Positions 1 through 9,991 of a stretch of 64,000 bases of DNA are shown here, piece by piece. The stretch is from Gemmatimonadota bacterium (GTDB taxonomy: Bacteria; Gemmatimonadota; Gemmatimonadetes; Gemmatimonadales; GWC2-71-9), in NCBI GenBank assembly GCA_003221005.1, contig QHTZ01000067.1, forward strand, positions 69,194 through 133,193, in the 5' to 3' direction. A model generated the notes under the pieces. That model made no database searches, was not told the DNA's origin, and was given only the letters and a program-made list of their open reading frames with translations. The position numbers and the translations under genes were made by a program. Numbering within the stretch: the stretch's first letter is position 1; every line of letters starts with the position of its first letter.

Positions 1-185
1 AGGTGTCATCAGATGGAACGGTACCGCCGGCGGACGCGCACCGTCAATTGGAAGCCCTTCGGGGGCTTCAAGTTCCGGATCGACCTCCCGTCACCGAGCC
101 TGCTCGCGACGCTGTGATCATGAGCCACGTGGACCTCGTCATTCGAGCTGCGGACCTGCGGACAGTAGTGCAGGCGTCCCAGAGG

Positions 186-274
186 GCGCACCGCCCCGTC
201 CAGACCGGGATCGCGCACCTTCACCGATAGACCTTGGAGAGTCGCTCCGCGACGATCACGGCGGCGTTCGCCAT
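186..274 (-). pseudogene. 5' remnant of an ABC transporter ATP-binding gene (frameshifted, truncated)
   Basis: ATG at 274 reads [17 protein letters not shown]. Restoring one G (cgg [g]tg aag) continues [13 protein letters not shown], a typical ABC ATPase N-terminus. No Walker A follows. Confidence 0.45.
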
Positions 275-334
275 GGGCGAACCGTGCATCGGCCCACGCG
301 TCCCCGGGAACCGCGGGGCGGCGGGAGGCAGCCG

Positions 335-1316
335 CTATTCCCGCTGCGCCGCGGTCTGGAACAGTGGCAGGTACTGCGCGTACCCCTCTTCCCCCAACCG
401 CTCCACAGGCATGACCCGCAGCCGAGCGGACTTCGGTGCGGGTCATGAACAGGCTGCGATCCGTCTTCTCTTTCACGTTCGGCGCCTCGAGCGGCCGCGT
501 GAAACTCGGCCATCCGGTGCCGGAGTCGAACTTGTCGAATGAGCTGAAGAGCGGCTCCCCCGAGACCACGTCCACGTAGATCCCCGGATGGTGGTTGTCC
601 CAGAAGTCGTTGTGGAACGGCCGCTCGGTGGCCTCGTGCTGCGTGACCTCATACTGCAGCGGCGTGAGCGAGCCCTTGAGCTCGGCGTCGCCCGGCTTTC
701 GAAACTGCATGGGATTCCATCCTTTCTGACTCGCCACTCTGGATGCGTCCGCGCCCCACACTTCGCGCAGCCGCCGGTCGCGACCGCAGCCCAGGCGGTA
801 GGCCTTGTAATACGCGGAATTCTTCCGATAGAAGTGCTGATGACGTTCCTCCGCAGGGTAGAACGCGGCCGCCGGCGCGATCAGCGTCACGATCGGCTGC
901 CGAAACCGCCCCTCGAGGCTCCGCTTCGATTGCTCCGCGAGCCGCTGCTGCGTCGAGTCGTGGTAGAAGATCGCCGTGTGGTACTGCGGCCCGTGGTCGC
1001 AGAACTGGCCGTCGGCCTGGAGCGGATCGATGTTGTGCCAGAACGCGTCGAGTAGCGTCTCGTACGTCACCTTCCGCGGATCGTAGACGACCCGGACCGA
1101 CTCGAGGTGCCCGGTGCCGCCGCTCGAGACTTCCTCGTACGTCGGATTTGCCGTGCGACCTCCAGTGAAGCCCACGGTCACCGCAGTGACGCCGTCGAGC
1201 TGGTCGAAGGGATGCTCCATTGACCAGAAGCAGCCGCCTGCGAAGATCGCCGTGGCGCTGTCGCTCGGCGCCGCACCGGCGAGGAGCAGGCTGAGGACCG
1301 TGGACATGAAGAGCAT
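335..1316 (-). pseudogene. msrAB: Exported MsrA-MsrB fusion with an internal deletion/frameshift in the MsrB domain
   Basis: Signal-like N-terminus, then MsrA motifs GGCFW and [12 protein letters not shown], then MsrB motifs [25 protein letters not shown] and RTEVRS. The frame then jumps to [21 protein letters not shown] (stop 335-337). The HLGHVF..RYCINS segment is missing. Confidence 0.8.
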
Positions 1317-1525
1317 CTGGCTGGCTCCGATCGGGTTGAGTCGCTTGGCGACGCTCTCAATCTCGCCACGCGAACCCGCGGAGTGAAGCACCAGGACCGT
1401 CGGTGAGAGAACTGTCATCCTTCACTCATTCGGGAGGCGCGCAGCAGGGCACCGAACATTAGAACGGTCTCATCGGACGTCGCCGCTCGTTGCCGGCCTG
1501 GCCGGCTCCCCCGTAGCTTAGCGGC

Positions 1526-2200
1526 GTGCAGATCCTCGTGGTAGAAGACGATCGCGACCTGCGACGCTTTCTGAGCAAGGCGTTCCGCGAGGAGGGCTAT
1601 GGGGTGGCCGAGACCGACTCCGGTGACCGGGCCCTCGACCGCGCTCTCGACGGCAGCTACAGCTGCATCATCCTGGACGTGATGCTGCCGGGGCGGGACG
1701 GCTTTAGCGTCGTCGCGGAGCTGCGCCAGCGCGGGGTCTTCACCCCGGTGCTGATGCTCACTGCCAAGGACGAGCTCGACGCCCGAGTGCGGGGGCTCGA
1801 AGGCGGCGCGGACGACTATCTCACCAAACCGTTCGACTTGTCTGAGCTGATCGCGCGGGTGCACGCCATGATTCGCCGTTCCGAACTGCGCCACAAGGAT
1901 GCAACGCTGAAGGTGGGCAACATCGTCCTCGACCCGCTGACCCGCCGGGTGACGCAGGACGGGCGCGTCGTGGATCTGAGCCCGCGGGAGTTTTCCCTGC
2001 TCGAGTTCCTCATGCGCAACGCCGGCCGCACCGTGTCCCGCTCGCGCATCGCCGAGGCGGTCTGGAACTACAAGTTCGACCCGGAGACCAACGTGGTCGA
2101 CGTCTACGTCAACTACCTCCGGAAGAAGCTCAGTTTCGCGGGAGCCACGGCGCCGATCCGCACGGTGCGCGGCACGGGCTACCGGCTCGAGACGCCGTGA
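1526..2200 (+). CDS. OmpR/CusR-family two-component response regulator
   Basis: REC motifs VVEDD, LDVMLP and ADDYLTKPF, plus a winged-helix C-terminus (NVVDVYVNYLRKK, IRTVRGTGY). Confidence 0.95.
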   Translation: MQILVVEDDRDLRRFLSKAFREEGYGVAETDSGDRALDRALDGSYSCIILDVMLPGRDGFSVVAELRQRGVFTPVLMLTAKDELDARVRGLEGGADDYLTKPFDLSELIARVHAMIRRSELRHKDATLKVGNIVLDPLTRRVTQDGRVVDLSPREFSLLEFLMRNAGRTVSRSRIAEAVWNYKFDPETNVVDVYVNYLRKKLSFAGATAPIRTVRGTGYRLETP

Positions 2201-3543
2201 CCGAGGGCCGGCTCAGCGCGATCCTCACGCGGCGGTTCCGCCGCGTCGCTTGGACGGCGCTCACCGGCTACACGCTGCTCGTCGTGGCGGCGTTCGTCGT
2301 CGCGGGCGAAGCGGTGCTGCGCCGCTCCCTCGAGCACTCCGCCGACGTGATCCAATCGCTGCTGGGCGCGTACACCGACTCAACCGGGGGACCGGGGAGC
2401 GTGATGCCCGCGACGCTGGCCGAGCAGCTCGTCGGCATGGGCGGCCAGGTTGTCATCACCCGCACGCGGACCAACGCCGGCGGGATGCAGGAAGTGTACT
2501 TCCTTTCGCCGGGCATGCCCGCCAAGCGGCTCGAGGGCATCCCCGCGAGTGCCTCCCCGGAGGACGTGCGCCAGGTGTTGCTCGCGGCGATTGCGCAGCG
2601 CGCGCGCTGGCGCTACCGCGTGCTGCACCGCTCGATGGGCACCTTCGACATCTACATCGTCGCGAGCCGCGAGCCGTATCTCGTCGCGCTCGCCGCCGTG
2701 GCGGCTGCGGCCCTGCTGTTATTGCCCGGCGCCGCGCTCAGCGCCGGACGCGGCGCAGGCCAGGCCGTCGCGGCGGCGCTCGATCCCCTCGAGCGCGTGG
2801 CCGCCGAGACGCGCGCCATCGGCCCCGCCGAGCTCGGCAAACGGCTCACCAGCCCCACCGGCCAGGCGGAGGTCACGGAGCTCGCCGACAGCATCAACCG
2901 TATGCTCGAGCGCGTGGACCGGGCACACCGTGCCCTCGAGGCGTTCACCGCCGACGCGAGTCACGAGCTGCGCACGCCGCTTACCCACCTGCGCGCGCAG
3001 GTGCAGTGGGCCCTCGCCGAGGGGCGCTCCGAGCCGGAAGTGCGCGACGCGCTGATGGCGCTGGAGCGCGAGCTCGAGCGCACGACAAAGCTAGTCGAAG
3101 AGCTGCTGCTGATCGCCCGCGGGGAGAACCGCCAGCTCGCGCTCGCACACGAATCATTCGATCTTGCGACCGTGGTGGACGAGGTGCGGGAGATCACCGA
3201 AGCGATGGCGGTCGGCCGGGATCTCGTCGTACGCTCCGACGCCCTCGACCCGACGCTGGCGGTGGGCGACGCCGATCGCACCCGTCACATCCTCCTCAAC
3301 CTCGCCTCCAACGCCGTGCGCTACACGCCGCGCGGCGAGATCACCTTCTCGCTGCGGCGCAACGTCGACCGGTTCTTCCGGATTGATCAGTCCCGCAGCC
3401 GCGCGCTCGGTGGCACGGGCCTGGGCCTTGCGATCGCACGCCTGCTTGCCGAGCTCCAGGGGGGCGAGATCACAGTGGAAAGCACACTTGGCGCGGGGAG
3501 TACGTTCACGGCGTGGCTGCCGGCGGCGCGCCTCACCCCCTGA
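2197..3543 (+). CDS. HAMP-containing sensor histidine kinase; HATPase domain lacks the G1 (DxGxG) box
   Basis: Two TM segments, HAMP, H-box ASHELRTPL, N-box NLASNAVRY and G2 GTGLGL. GTGA overlap with the response regulator. Confidence 0.85.
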   Translation: MTEGRLSAILTRRFRRVAWTALTGYTLLVVAAFVVAGEAVLRRSLEHSADVIQSLLGAYTDSTGGPGSVMPATLAEQLVGMGGQVVITRTRTNAGGMQEVYFLSPGMPAKRLEGIPASASPEDVRQVLLAAIAQRARWRYRVLHRSMGTFDIYIVASREPYLVALAAVAAAALLLLPGAALSAGRGAGQAVAAALDPLERVAAETRAIGPAELGKRLTSPTGQAEVTELADSINRMLERVDRAHRALEAFTADASHELRTPLTHLRAQVQWALAEGRSEPEVRDALMALERELERTTKLVEELLLIARGENRQLALAHESFDLATVVDEVREITEAMAVGRDLVVRSDALDPTLAVGDADRTRHILLNLASNAVRYTPRGEITFSLRRNVDRFFRIDQSRSRALGGTGLGLAIARLLAELQGGEITVESTLGAGSTFTAWLPAARLTP

Positions 3544-3606
3544 CCCCCTCTCCGCGAGGCGCAGGCCTCACCCCCTCTGGCCCCTCTCCGCAATGCGGAG
3601 AGGGGG
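3531..3606. repeat. REP-like palindromic element (two CCTCACCCCC..CCCCTCTCCGC units; 12-bp inverted repeat)
   Basis: Units start at 3531 and 3566. cccctctccgca (3581-3592) is the reverse complement of tgcggagagggg (3594-3605). Lies between convergent genes. Confidence 0.65.
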
Positions 3607-3622
3607 AACGAGAGTGAGATGT

Positions 3623-4783
3623 CTAGCGAGCCGCGAGCCCGGCGACTGAGCCGGGCATGTTCCCGACCACGCCCAACGTGGTGAGGTGGCCGTCAGACTC
3701 CACCCGCAGCGCCGTGATCGGGCCGCTGCCGCGCAGCTGGTACAGATAGCGTCCGTTCACGCTCAGCGCCAAATCGAGGTTGCCCGGGCCCACCGTAGCA
3801 GTGACGCCGCTCGCATCGAGCAGGCTGAGGGAGCCATCCGTGCCCACAGCGAACCCGGAGATCGTACCGCTGGCCGCGTTGGCCGAGTACGCGAAACGGC
3901 CGTTCTTGGTCACGCCCACCCAGCAGGGGGCGCCCTGGTGCGTGGCTACCGCGCCACTCACCAGTGTCACTCGGCCGCTCGAACCGAGGGTGTATGACGA
4001 TGCACTGCCCGTGGCGGCTTCGGAGACGATCAGCTCGTTCCGCAACCCGAACGCGAACCCGAACGGCTTGATGCCGGCGCCGGCAGGCGCCTGGGGCGTG
4101 GGACCGCTCGCCACACCATCGGGGGTGACCGAGTACACGTCGATGCTATTCGTATTCTTCTCAGTCACGACCAGCCACCGGCCATCGGGGCCGAACGCTA
4201 CCTGGGCGGGGTCCACCGCTGCGCCACCGAGCGGGCGCGTCGATCCCGGAATGGGCGCGAGCGCTCCGTCCGAGCCGACGGTGAACCCGCTGACGTTCCC
4301 GCTCCCACCGCCGTTGAGGACGTAAACGATGTTGTCATGAACCGTCAGGCTGATCGGCTTCGTTCCACCCGACAAATGGCGATCGGTGAGCGAAAGGCCC
4401 GCCGGGCTCACGCGGAACGCCGAGATGTCATTGCTGCCCGCGTTGACGGTGAACAACCAGCGCCCATCGTCGCTCAAAGCGAGCGCGCCCTGCGAGCCGA
4501 GGCTGCTCCCGGTCCCCGTGCCACCGGTTGCGACCGTGCCCGCCGCGGTGAGCGTACCGGCGGCCGAGCGCTGGAAGATCGCAACGGCATTTCCCCCATT
4601 GGCCGCGACCTGGTTCATCAGCGTGTACACCGCGCCCGGAGTGTCCTCTGCATCTGCGGCGCTCGCGGCGCTGGCGCTGAGCTCACGCCGCAGCGGTGCG
4701 GCGGGGCCTGTAATCCCGCGATCCCGCGAGCAGGCGGCGACACCGGCCACCGCCAGCGCAACGAGTGCGATTCTTTGTGCCAT
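3623..4783 (-). CDS. Lactonase-family beta-propeller lipoprotein
   Basis: Lipobox VAAC. Repeated propeller motifs (SDDGRWLFTVNAGSNDISAF, PCWVGVTKNGRFAYSAN). Confidence 0.85.
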   Translation of the reverse strand: MAQRIALVALAVAGVAACSRDRGITGPAAPLRRELSASAASAADAEDTPGAVYTLMNQVAANGGNAVAIFQRSAAGTLTAAGTVATGGTGTGSSLGSQGALALSDDGRWLFTVNAGSNDISAFRVSPAGLSLTDRHLSGGTKPISLTVHDNIVYVLNGGGSGNVSGFTVGSDGALAPIPGSTRPLGGAAVDPAQVAFGPDGRWLVVTEKNTNSIDVYSVTPDGVASGPTPQAPAGAGIKPFGFAFGLRNELIVSEAATGSASSYTLGSSGRVTLVSGAVATHQGAPCWVGVTKNGRFAYSANAASGTISGFAVGTDGSLSLLDASGVTATVGPGNLDLALSVNGRYLYQLRGSGPITALRVESDGHLTTLGVVGNMPGSVAGLAAR

Positions 4784-4981
4784 GGATCGAACCTCCCGAG
4801 AGAGTGTGATGCGTGCCTGCTACGGTGCCGGAAGGTTCACTCGCGCGCCGCGTAGCGGAGCTACCCGGCGAGCGATATGAGAGGCTTCTCATGGTGTTCT
4901 CATCCACGTCGGAAAACGCAACGAGGCGCGGCTTCACTCCGCCGCGCCTCGGTCTCTCGGGCGCACCGACTGCTGGGCGCG

Positions 4982-5287
4982 TTAAGGCCGATGAATGTTC
5001 GACTGACCCAGATTTGCCGGCTTCCTCGAAGGTGAAGCGGGCACGGCGGGCGTTGCCGGCGTTGCTGGGCTAGCCGGAGCAGCCACGCCACCTACGCTCA
5101 GGGATGCAGGCGTGGCGCGCGTCGCCGGCACGGCCGCGGTCGCCGGCGTCACCGCCCGATTATCAAGCCCCACGACCTCACCCCGAAAGTGCGTCGCGCG
5201 GTGCGCGGCGACCTTCGAAACATCCTGTGCTGCGAGCAGCGACGGAACGACCAGGCTCGCGGCGAGCAACACGACCTTGCGAAGCAT
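4982..5287 (-). CDS. Small secreted Pro/Ala/Thr-rich hypothetical protein
   Basis: GGAGG RBS, signal peptide (LLAA-QD) and PAT repeats. Confidence 0.6.
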   Translation of the reverse strand: MLRKVVLLAASLVVPSLLAAQDVSKVAAHRATHFRGEVVGLDNRAVTPATAAVPATRATPASLSVGGVAAPASPATPATPAVPASPSRKPANLGQSNIHRP

Positions 5288-5436
5288 GCGCTACCTCCAG
5301 CTTGGGGTGCTGCAACGGCCCCAGACGGGGGCCGCCCTGAAGACTCCCTGCAGGGCCGCCGAGTAACGCGGCGGCCCCACAAGTGGTTATTCTGACAGGA
5401 GATAGGCGCGAAAGCGCGCACGGCTTCAGCCCGCCC

Positions 5437-6651
5437 TCAGAGCTTGCCGAGGAACTTGAGCAACACCCCACGCTCCCCATCCGACAGCGCCAGGAAGCGG
5501 TCACGCGCGGCTGTGGCTTCTCCGGCGTGCAGCCTGATCGCCTCGTCGATCGTCGCCGCGCGGCCATCGTGCAGGAACGCAGTCACGAAGCGCAGTCCCA
5601 TCAGTGGCTCGGTCCGGAACTCAGCAGGCTCCGCCTCGCCGAGACAGATGTCGGCGAGGTCCGGGCCCATGTCGTGTAGCAGCAGATCCGTGAACCCCGG
5701 CACGATCTTGTTGTTGAACGCTTGCACGGGATTGGGACCCGTCGTGAGCGCCGGAATGTGACATTCCGCGCACCCGATCCGCGAAAAGATTTTCCGGCCC
5801 GGCAACTGGCCGATCGCAAACGCCAGGGGCGTCGGAGCGTCGAGGAACCGCACGAACGCATCCGCGGCGTCGAGATCGTCTTGACTCAGCTCCGGATCGC
5901 GTGCCGGATCGACACCCGCGGGAAGCGGCTTCCCAGCGACCGTCAGCTCCGTGGGGAACGACGGGCTGGTGATCCCCATCTCCTGGATGAACGCCCCGGC
6001 CGTGAACTCGCTCAGCGTCGGGCTCTGCGCCTTGCGGCCGAAGCGACCCAGCCGCCCGTCGGGCGTCCGGTTGGGGCGCCCGGAGACGCCGTCGTGGCCA
6101 CGAGCCTGGGCGTCCGCAAACCCCTGAATCTCGGCTTCGGGCACCGCGTCCAGCAGCCCGAACCCCAGGATGGAGGGCGAGGTGCGATGCGCCGTCGCCG
6201 TGAATCCCTCGGGCAGCGGCTCGGCGTCGATCCCCAGGGCGTCGTGCAGCGCCTGCGTCACGTGCTGCTGGACGACCGGCCCGCCCACGTCGCTCAAGTC
6301 GCTGCACGCCGGTTGGCCGCTCGGGTGGTAGGCCGTCGCGTGGACCTCCACTTCGTCGCCAGTGGCACCGACGACGGGATCTTCGTGGCATTCGGCGCAG
6401 CCGGTGGAGTTGAAGAGCGGCCCCAGCCCGGTCTCAGGAGTGAAGTCGGTCGTGAACACCACGCGGCCCCGCTTGAACTGCGCCTGCTGATGGGCGGTGA
6501 GGAACGACACCGGACGACCCAGGCTCGCCACACTCATTGCAGTAGCTCGGTCCGACAGGAACGAAGGCGCGTTGGGCGGTACCGCGTCGCAGGCTGCGAC
6601 GGCGGCGAGCAGTACTGCGAACGGAATGCGGGCGCGGCTGTGGTTGGACAC
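5437..6651 (-). CDS. Di-haem oxidoreductase (DHOR)-family lipoprotein
   Basis: Two CAECH haem motifs plus GLGPLFN, GRFGRKA, TDLLLHDMG and FLHDGRA. Lipobox VAAC. GTG start with GGAGG. Confidence 0.85.
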   Translation of the reverse strand: MSNHSRARIPFAVLLAAVAACDAVPPNAPSFLSDRATAMSVASLGRPVSFLTAHQQAQFKRGRVVFTTDFTPETGLGPLFNSTGCAECHEDPVVGATGDEVEVHATAYHPSGQPACSDLSDVGGPVVQQHVTQALHDALGIDAEPLPEGFTATAHRTSPSILGFGLLDAVPEAEIQGFADAQARGHDGVSGRPNRTPDGRLGRFGRKAQSPTLSEFTAGAFIQEMGITSPSFPTELTVAGKPLPAGVDPARDPELSQDDLDAADAFVRFLDAPTPLAFAIGQLPGRKIFSRIGCAECHIPALTTGPNPVQAFNNKIVPGFTDLLLHDMGPDLADICLGEAEPAEFRTEPLMGLRFVTAFLHDGRAATIDEAIRLHAGEATAARDRFLALSDGERGVLLKFLGKL

Positions 6652-6898
6652 GGCGTCCTCCCGGTTAGTAGCAGCCATGCACCACGATGTCGCGGTCTCG
6701 AATCGGGCGGGAAACGGACCCTAGGGCGGCGAGCGTGGGTCACGTGTGTTGGCCCATATCGCCGAGCACTTCAGGGGCGCGTCTCGTCTTCGGGAAGCAC
6801 GATGGCGCCGGGGGCGGGCCGCAGGCCGTGACGGGGGCCACGTTGCCGCGGGCCGCGCGCCGGCGGCGGTCACAGGAAGGTGGGGCGCGTGCCTGTTG

Positions 6899-7300
6899 TT
6901 ACCGGGAGGGTCGGCCGTCGCGGGCTCTGACCGCAGCGAGACGGGCCGGATCGGCCGCGTCGAGCGTGCCGATGTTCACGTGTGCCCAGATGACGCGGGA
7001 ATAGCGGAACAGCAGGGGCACGCACGCAACGTGGACGACCACAGCGACGGCGATGGCGCCGACCAGGCCCAGGCGGGGCGCCAGCACGAACATCGCTACG
7101 AGCGCAAGCACGAACGCCTCGGCGATGCCAAGCGCGTAGCTCACGTACATCGCGCCTTGAAAAAAACCGGTCTCCCGCTCAAAGCGGTGCCCGCAGACGG
7201 GACACGCCGCGTTCATCGCGAAGACACCACGGAACATCCTGCCCTGGAGACACACCGGGCAACGTTGCCGCAGAACGGCTCGCAGACGCGCCGTGGTCAT
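6899..7300 (-). CDS. DUF983-family membrane protein (Zn-ribbon)
   Basis: CPVCxxG..CPVCG followed by two TM helices. Confidence 0.8.
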   Translation of the reverse strand: MTTARLRAVLRQRCPVCLQGRMFRGVFAMNAACPVCGHRFERETGFFQGAMYVSYALGIAEAFVLALVAMFVLAPRLGLVGAIAVAVVVHVACVPLLFRYSRVIWAHVNIGTLDAADPARLAAVRARDGRPSR

Positions 7301-7304
7301 CGGC

Positions 7305-7601
7305 TCAGGGAGTGTGCAGCAGGAGGTCCTGATACTCCGGGTGTCGACGGAGGTAGGCCGCGACGAAGGGACAGCGGGGCACGACCCTGAGGTGCTCTGC
7401 GCGCGCATACTCGAGCGCGGTGTGCGCCAGCTTGTCGGCGATGCCCCGGCCCCGCAGGGCGGCAGGCACTTCGGTGTGAACCAAGACGATCCTATCAGGG
7501 AAGCGCTCATACTGCAGCTCAGCCGTCTGCCCATCCACCCGCGCCACGAACCGGTTGGCCGCGGCGTCGTTCTCTACCGCGATATCGACGAGACCCGTCA
7601 C
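7305..7601 (-). CDS. Small GNAT (YjdJ-like) acetyltransferase
   Basis: HTEVPAALRGRGIA..VVPRCPFV. GTGA overlap with the upstream gene. Confidence 0.85.
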   Translation of the reverse strand: MTGLVDIAVENDAAANRFVARVDGQTAELQYERFPDRIVLVHTEVPAALRGRGIADKLAHTALEYARAEHLRVVPRCPFVAAYLRRHPEYQDLLLHTP

Positions 7602-8287
7602 GTCGACCCTTGGAACGTGGAGGGGGTGTCCAACGCCTGGGGCCTGCGCACGGCGCCGTCCTTGCGATCGCCACAGGCGCTCTCGAACCGCGCCACCGCC
7701 GCGCGACGGAGCCAGGCCCACCACGCCACGAGCCCGGCCATGGCGAGCACGATCACCACCGCCGCGAGACTGACGCGTGTCAGAGCTTGCTCGAGCTGCG
7801 GCAGATTATGACCGAACAGATAGCCGAGGGTGCCCGTGAGGACAGCCCAGCAGACAGCGCCGAGGGCGTTGTAGAGCATGAAGGTGCCGTAAGGCATGGA
7901 GGTCGTTCCCGCGAGCACGGCCGCCCAGGTGCGCAGCAGCGCGATGAAGCGGCCGAAGAAGACCGCCTTGGGTCCGTACCGCTCGAAAAAGCGGTGCCCG
8001 CGCTCGAGGTACGATTCGTTGAGATGGATGACGCGGCCATACCGGCGGACCAACGCGACGCCGCCGGTGCGCCCGATCCAGTAGCCGGCGTTGTCCCCCA
8101 GCACCGCCGCGGCCACGGCTACCGCGACCACCGCCGTTATGGAGAAATGCCCGAGCGCGGCCCACGCCGCGGCTGCGAGCAGAGCCGTCTCGCCCGGCAC
8201 CGGGACGCCCAGGCTCTCGAGCCCCACCAGGACGAAGAGCAGCGGGTAGCCCCAGCTATCGACGAGATCCTTGACGGCGTTGTCCAT
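7598..8287 (-). CDS. DedA-family membrane protein
   Basis: ESLGVPVPGE, GDNAGYWIG and FGRFIALLR motifs. Confidence 0.9.
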   Translation of the reverse strand: MDNAVKDLVDSWGYPLLFVLVGLESLGVPVPGETALLAAAAWAALGHFSITAVVAVAVAAAVLGDNAGYWIGRTGGVALVRRYGRVIHLNESYLERGHRFFERYGPKAVFFGRFIALLRTWAAVLAGTTSMPYGTFMLYNALGAVCWAVLTGTLGYLFGHNLPQLEQALTRVSLAAVVIVLAMAGLVAWWAWLRRAAVARFESACGDRKDGAVRRPQALDTPSTFQGST

Positions 8288-8289
8288 GG

Positions 8290-8661
8290 CTACGCCGCGC
8301 CGTCCGGGCGCCGCGGATGACTCCGCAGACGGTGCGTCGCCTGGTCCACCCGGGCGATGTAGGCACGGATCGCTTCGCTGCGCTCGCGCCGCGGCAGCAC
8401 GAAGTGCGGGTCATCGGGATCCCGGCTCTTCAGGTCGTCCACCATCAGGTCCCCGCCGTGGGACTCGACCGCCGCCTCGAAGCGCTCCACCGCGTCCAGC
8501 AGGCTCGCGAGGTCACCCGGATCCTCGGCACCCGTGACGGTGACCCCGCGGTCCCGCAACCGGGCCGCCACTTCCGCGACCGCCGCATCGCGCTCCTCCT
8601 TGCGGTGCGGATCGAGCGCGCCCTCCAGCTCCTCGTAATCATCCCGTGATTCCGGTACCAT
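8290..8661 (-). CDS. Hypothetical protein
   Basis: GGAGG RBS, GC3-rich codons, stop 2 nt before the dedA start. Confidence 0.7.
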   Translation of the reverse strand: MVPESRDDYEELEGALDPHRKEERDAAVAEVAARLRDRGVTVTGAEDPGDLASLLDAVERFEAAVESHGGDLMVDDLKSRDPDDPHFVLPRRERSEAIRAYIARVDQATHRLRSHPRRPDGAA

Positions 8662-8710
8662 GACTACCTCCCGTGGTCAAGCGCCGCGGCCGCGCTGCTT
8701 GTTCCCCAGT

Positions 8711-9991
8711 CTAGCGCAGCAGCACCGAGACTGTGTGGATCAGCAGGCCGACCAGCCCCCCTACCAGCGTGCCGTTGATGCGGATGAACTGCAGGTCGCT
8801 CCCCACCGCGAGCTCGAGCCGCCGCACCGCGACCTGGGGATCCCAGGCGCTCACCGTGCGGGCGATCAGCTCGGCGATCTCGTGCCGGTGCTGCTCTACG
8901 GCGGACGCCACGATCCCCGTGAGAAAGTCGTCGAGATCGTTGAGCAGCGCCTCGTTGCCGAGCAGGGACTCCCCCGCCGCGGCGATCCCACGCTCGAGGG
9001 CTTCCTGAGAGGCGTCGTCGGGGTGCGTACGGTAGCGCACCGCGGCGCGCCGCACGGCATCCCAGAGCGAGGCCGCCAGCTCGTCCACCAGCGGGTGCGC
9101 CAGCACTTGCTCCTTCAAGGCCTCCGCCTTCGCCATCACATCCGGCGCATGCTGCAGCTTGTCGATGAACTGCTCCAGCGCCGCGTCGAACTTGCGCCGC
9201 ACCGGATGACGCGGGTCGGCCCGCACGTCGAGCAGCAGCTCCTCGAGCGCGATGATGATCTTCTGGTAGATCACGTCGTCGATCACTCCGGGAACCCACC
9301 AGGGGCTGCCCTCGCGGATCTTGAGCCGAATGGCCTCCCGGTTGTCGTCGAGCGCCTGGGCGGCGAGGTTGAGCAGCGCGTTCAGGAGCTCGTGGTGGCG
9401 GTTGTCGCTCGTCACGAGCGCGAGGACGCCGCCAAGCACGGGCGCCACCCGCGTGGCCTGGAGACGGGCCACCGCGCTGTCGTGGATGAGCTCGCGGAAC
9501 TCGGCCTCCGGGAGCGCCTCGATCGTCTTCGCGACACCCGTCACCAGCTGCCTCGCCACGCGGCCGCTGTTCTCGGGGCGCGCCACCCAGCGCGCCGCCC
9601 GCTCGGACGGGCGCAGCACACGGACTTCGGCCGCGACGACCTCCCGCGAGAGGAAATGCTTCTGCACAAAGTTCCCGAGGATGCGGCCGATCCGGTCTTT
9701 CTGCGTCGCGACGATCGCCGTGTGGGGGATCGGGAGACCGAGGGGGCGCCGGAACAGTGCGGTGACGGCGAACCAGTCGGCGAGCCCGCCCACGAGCGAG
9801 GCCTCGGCCGTAGCCCGTACGAATCCCAGCCAGGGATGAGTGCTCTCCAAGAAGCGGGCGACGGCGAACACGACCGCGGCGAGAACCAGGAGCCCCGTCG
9901 CCCGCCGTCGCATGGTGTCGAGCCGGGCCTGCCGCGCCGCGTCATCCGGGGCGGGCGGGGGGGACGGAGGGGGCGATGGCGACGCCGTCAT
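8711..9991 (-). CDS. DUF445-family membrane protein
   Basis: EASLVGGLADWFAVTALFR..PHTAI and DLQFIRINGTLVGG. ATGA overlap with uppP. Confidence 0.9.
   Translation of the reverse strand: MTASPSPPPSPPPAPDDAARQARLDTMRRRATGLLVLAAVVFAVARFLESTHPWLGFVRATAEASLVGGLADWFAVTALFRRPLGLPIPHTAIVATQKDRIGRILGNFVQKHFLSREVVAAEVRVLRPSERAARWVARPENSGRVARQLVTGVAKTIEALPEAEFRELIHDSAVARLQATRVAPVLGGVLALVTSDNRHHELLNALLNLAAQALDDNREAIRLKIREGSPWWVPGVIDDVIYQKIIIALEELLLDVRADPRHPVRRKFDAALEQFIDKLQHAPDVMAKAEALKEQVLAHPLVDELAASLWDAVRRAAVRYRTHPDDASQEALERGIAAAGESLLGNEALLNDLDDFLTGIVASAVEQHRHEIAELIARTVSAWDPQVAVRRLELAVGSDLQFIRINGTLVGGLVGLLIHTVSVLLR

Noticed and set aside
51-69. Hairpin gaagccc-ttcgg-gggcttc
   Set aside because: Short stem at the window edge with no assignable gene.
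1218-1240. TCA codon in MsrA GCFW-S-ME as a former Sec (TGA) codon
   Set aside because: A single codon at a variable position; the catalytic Cys is TGC.
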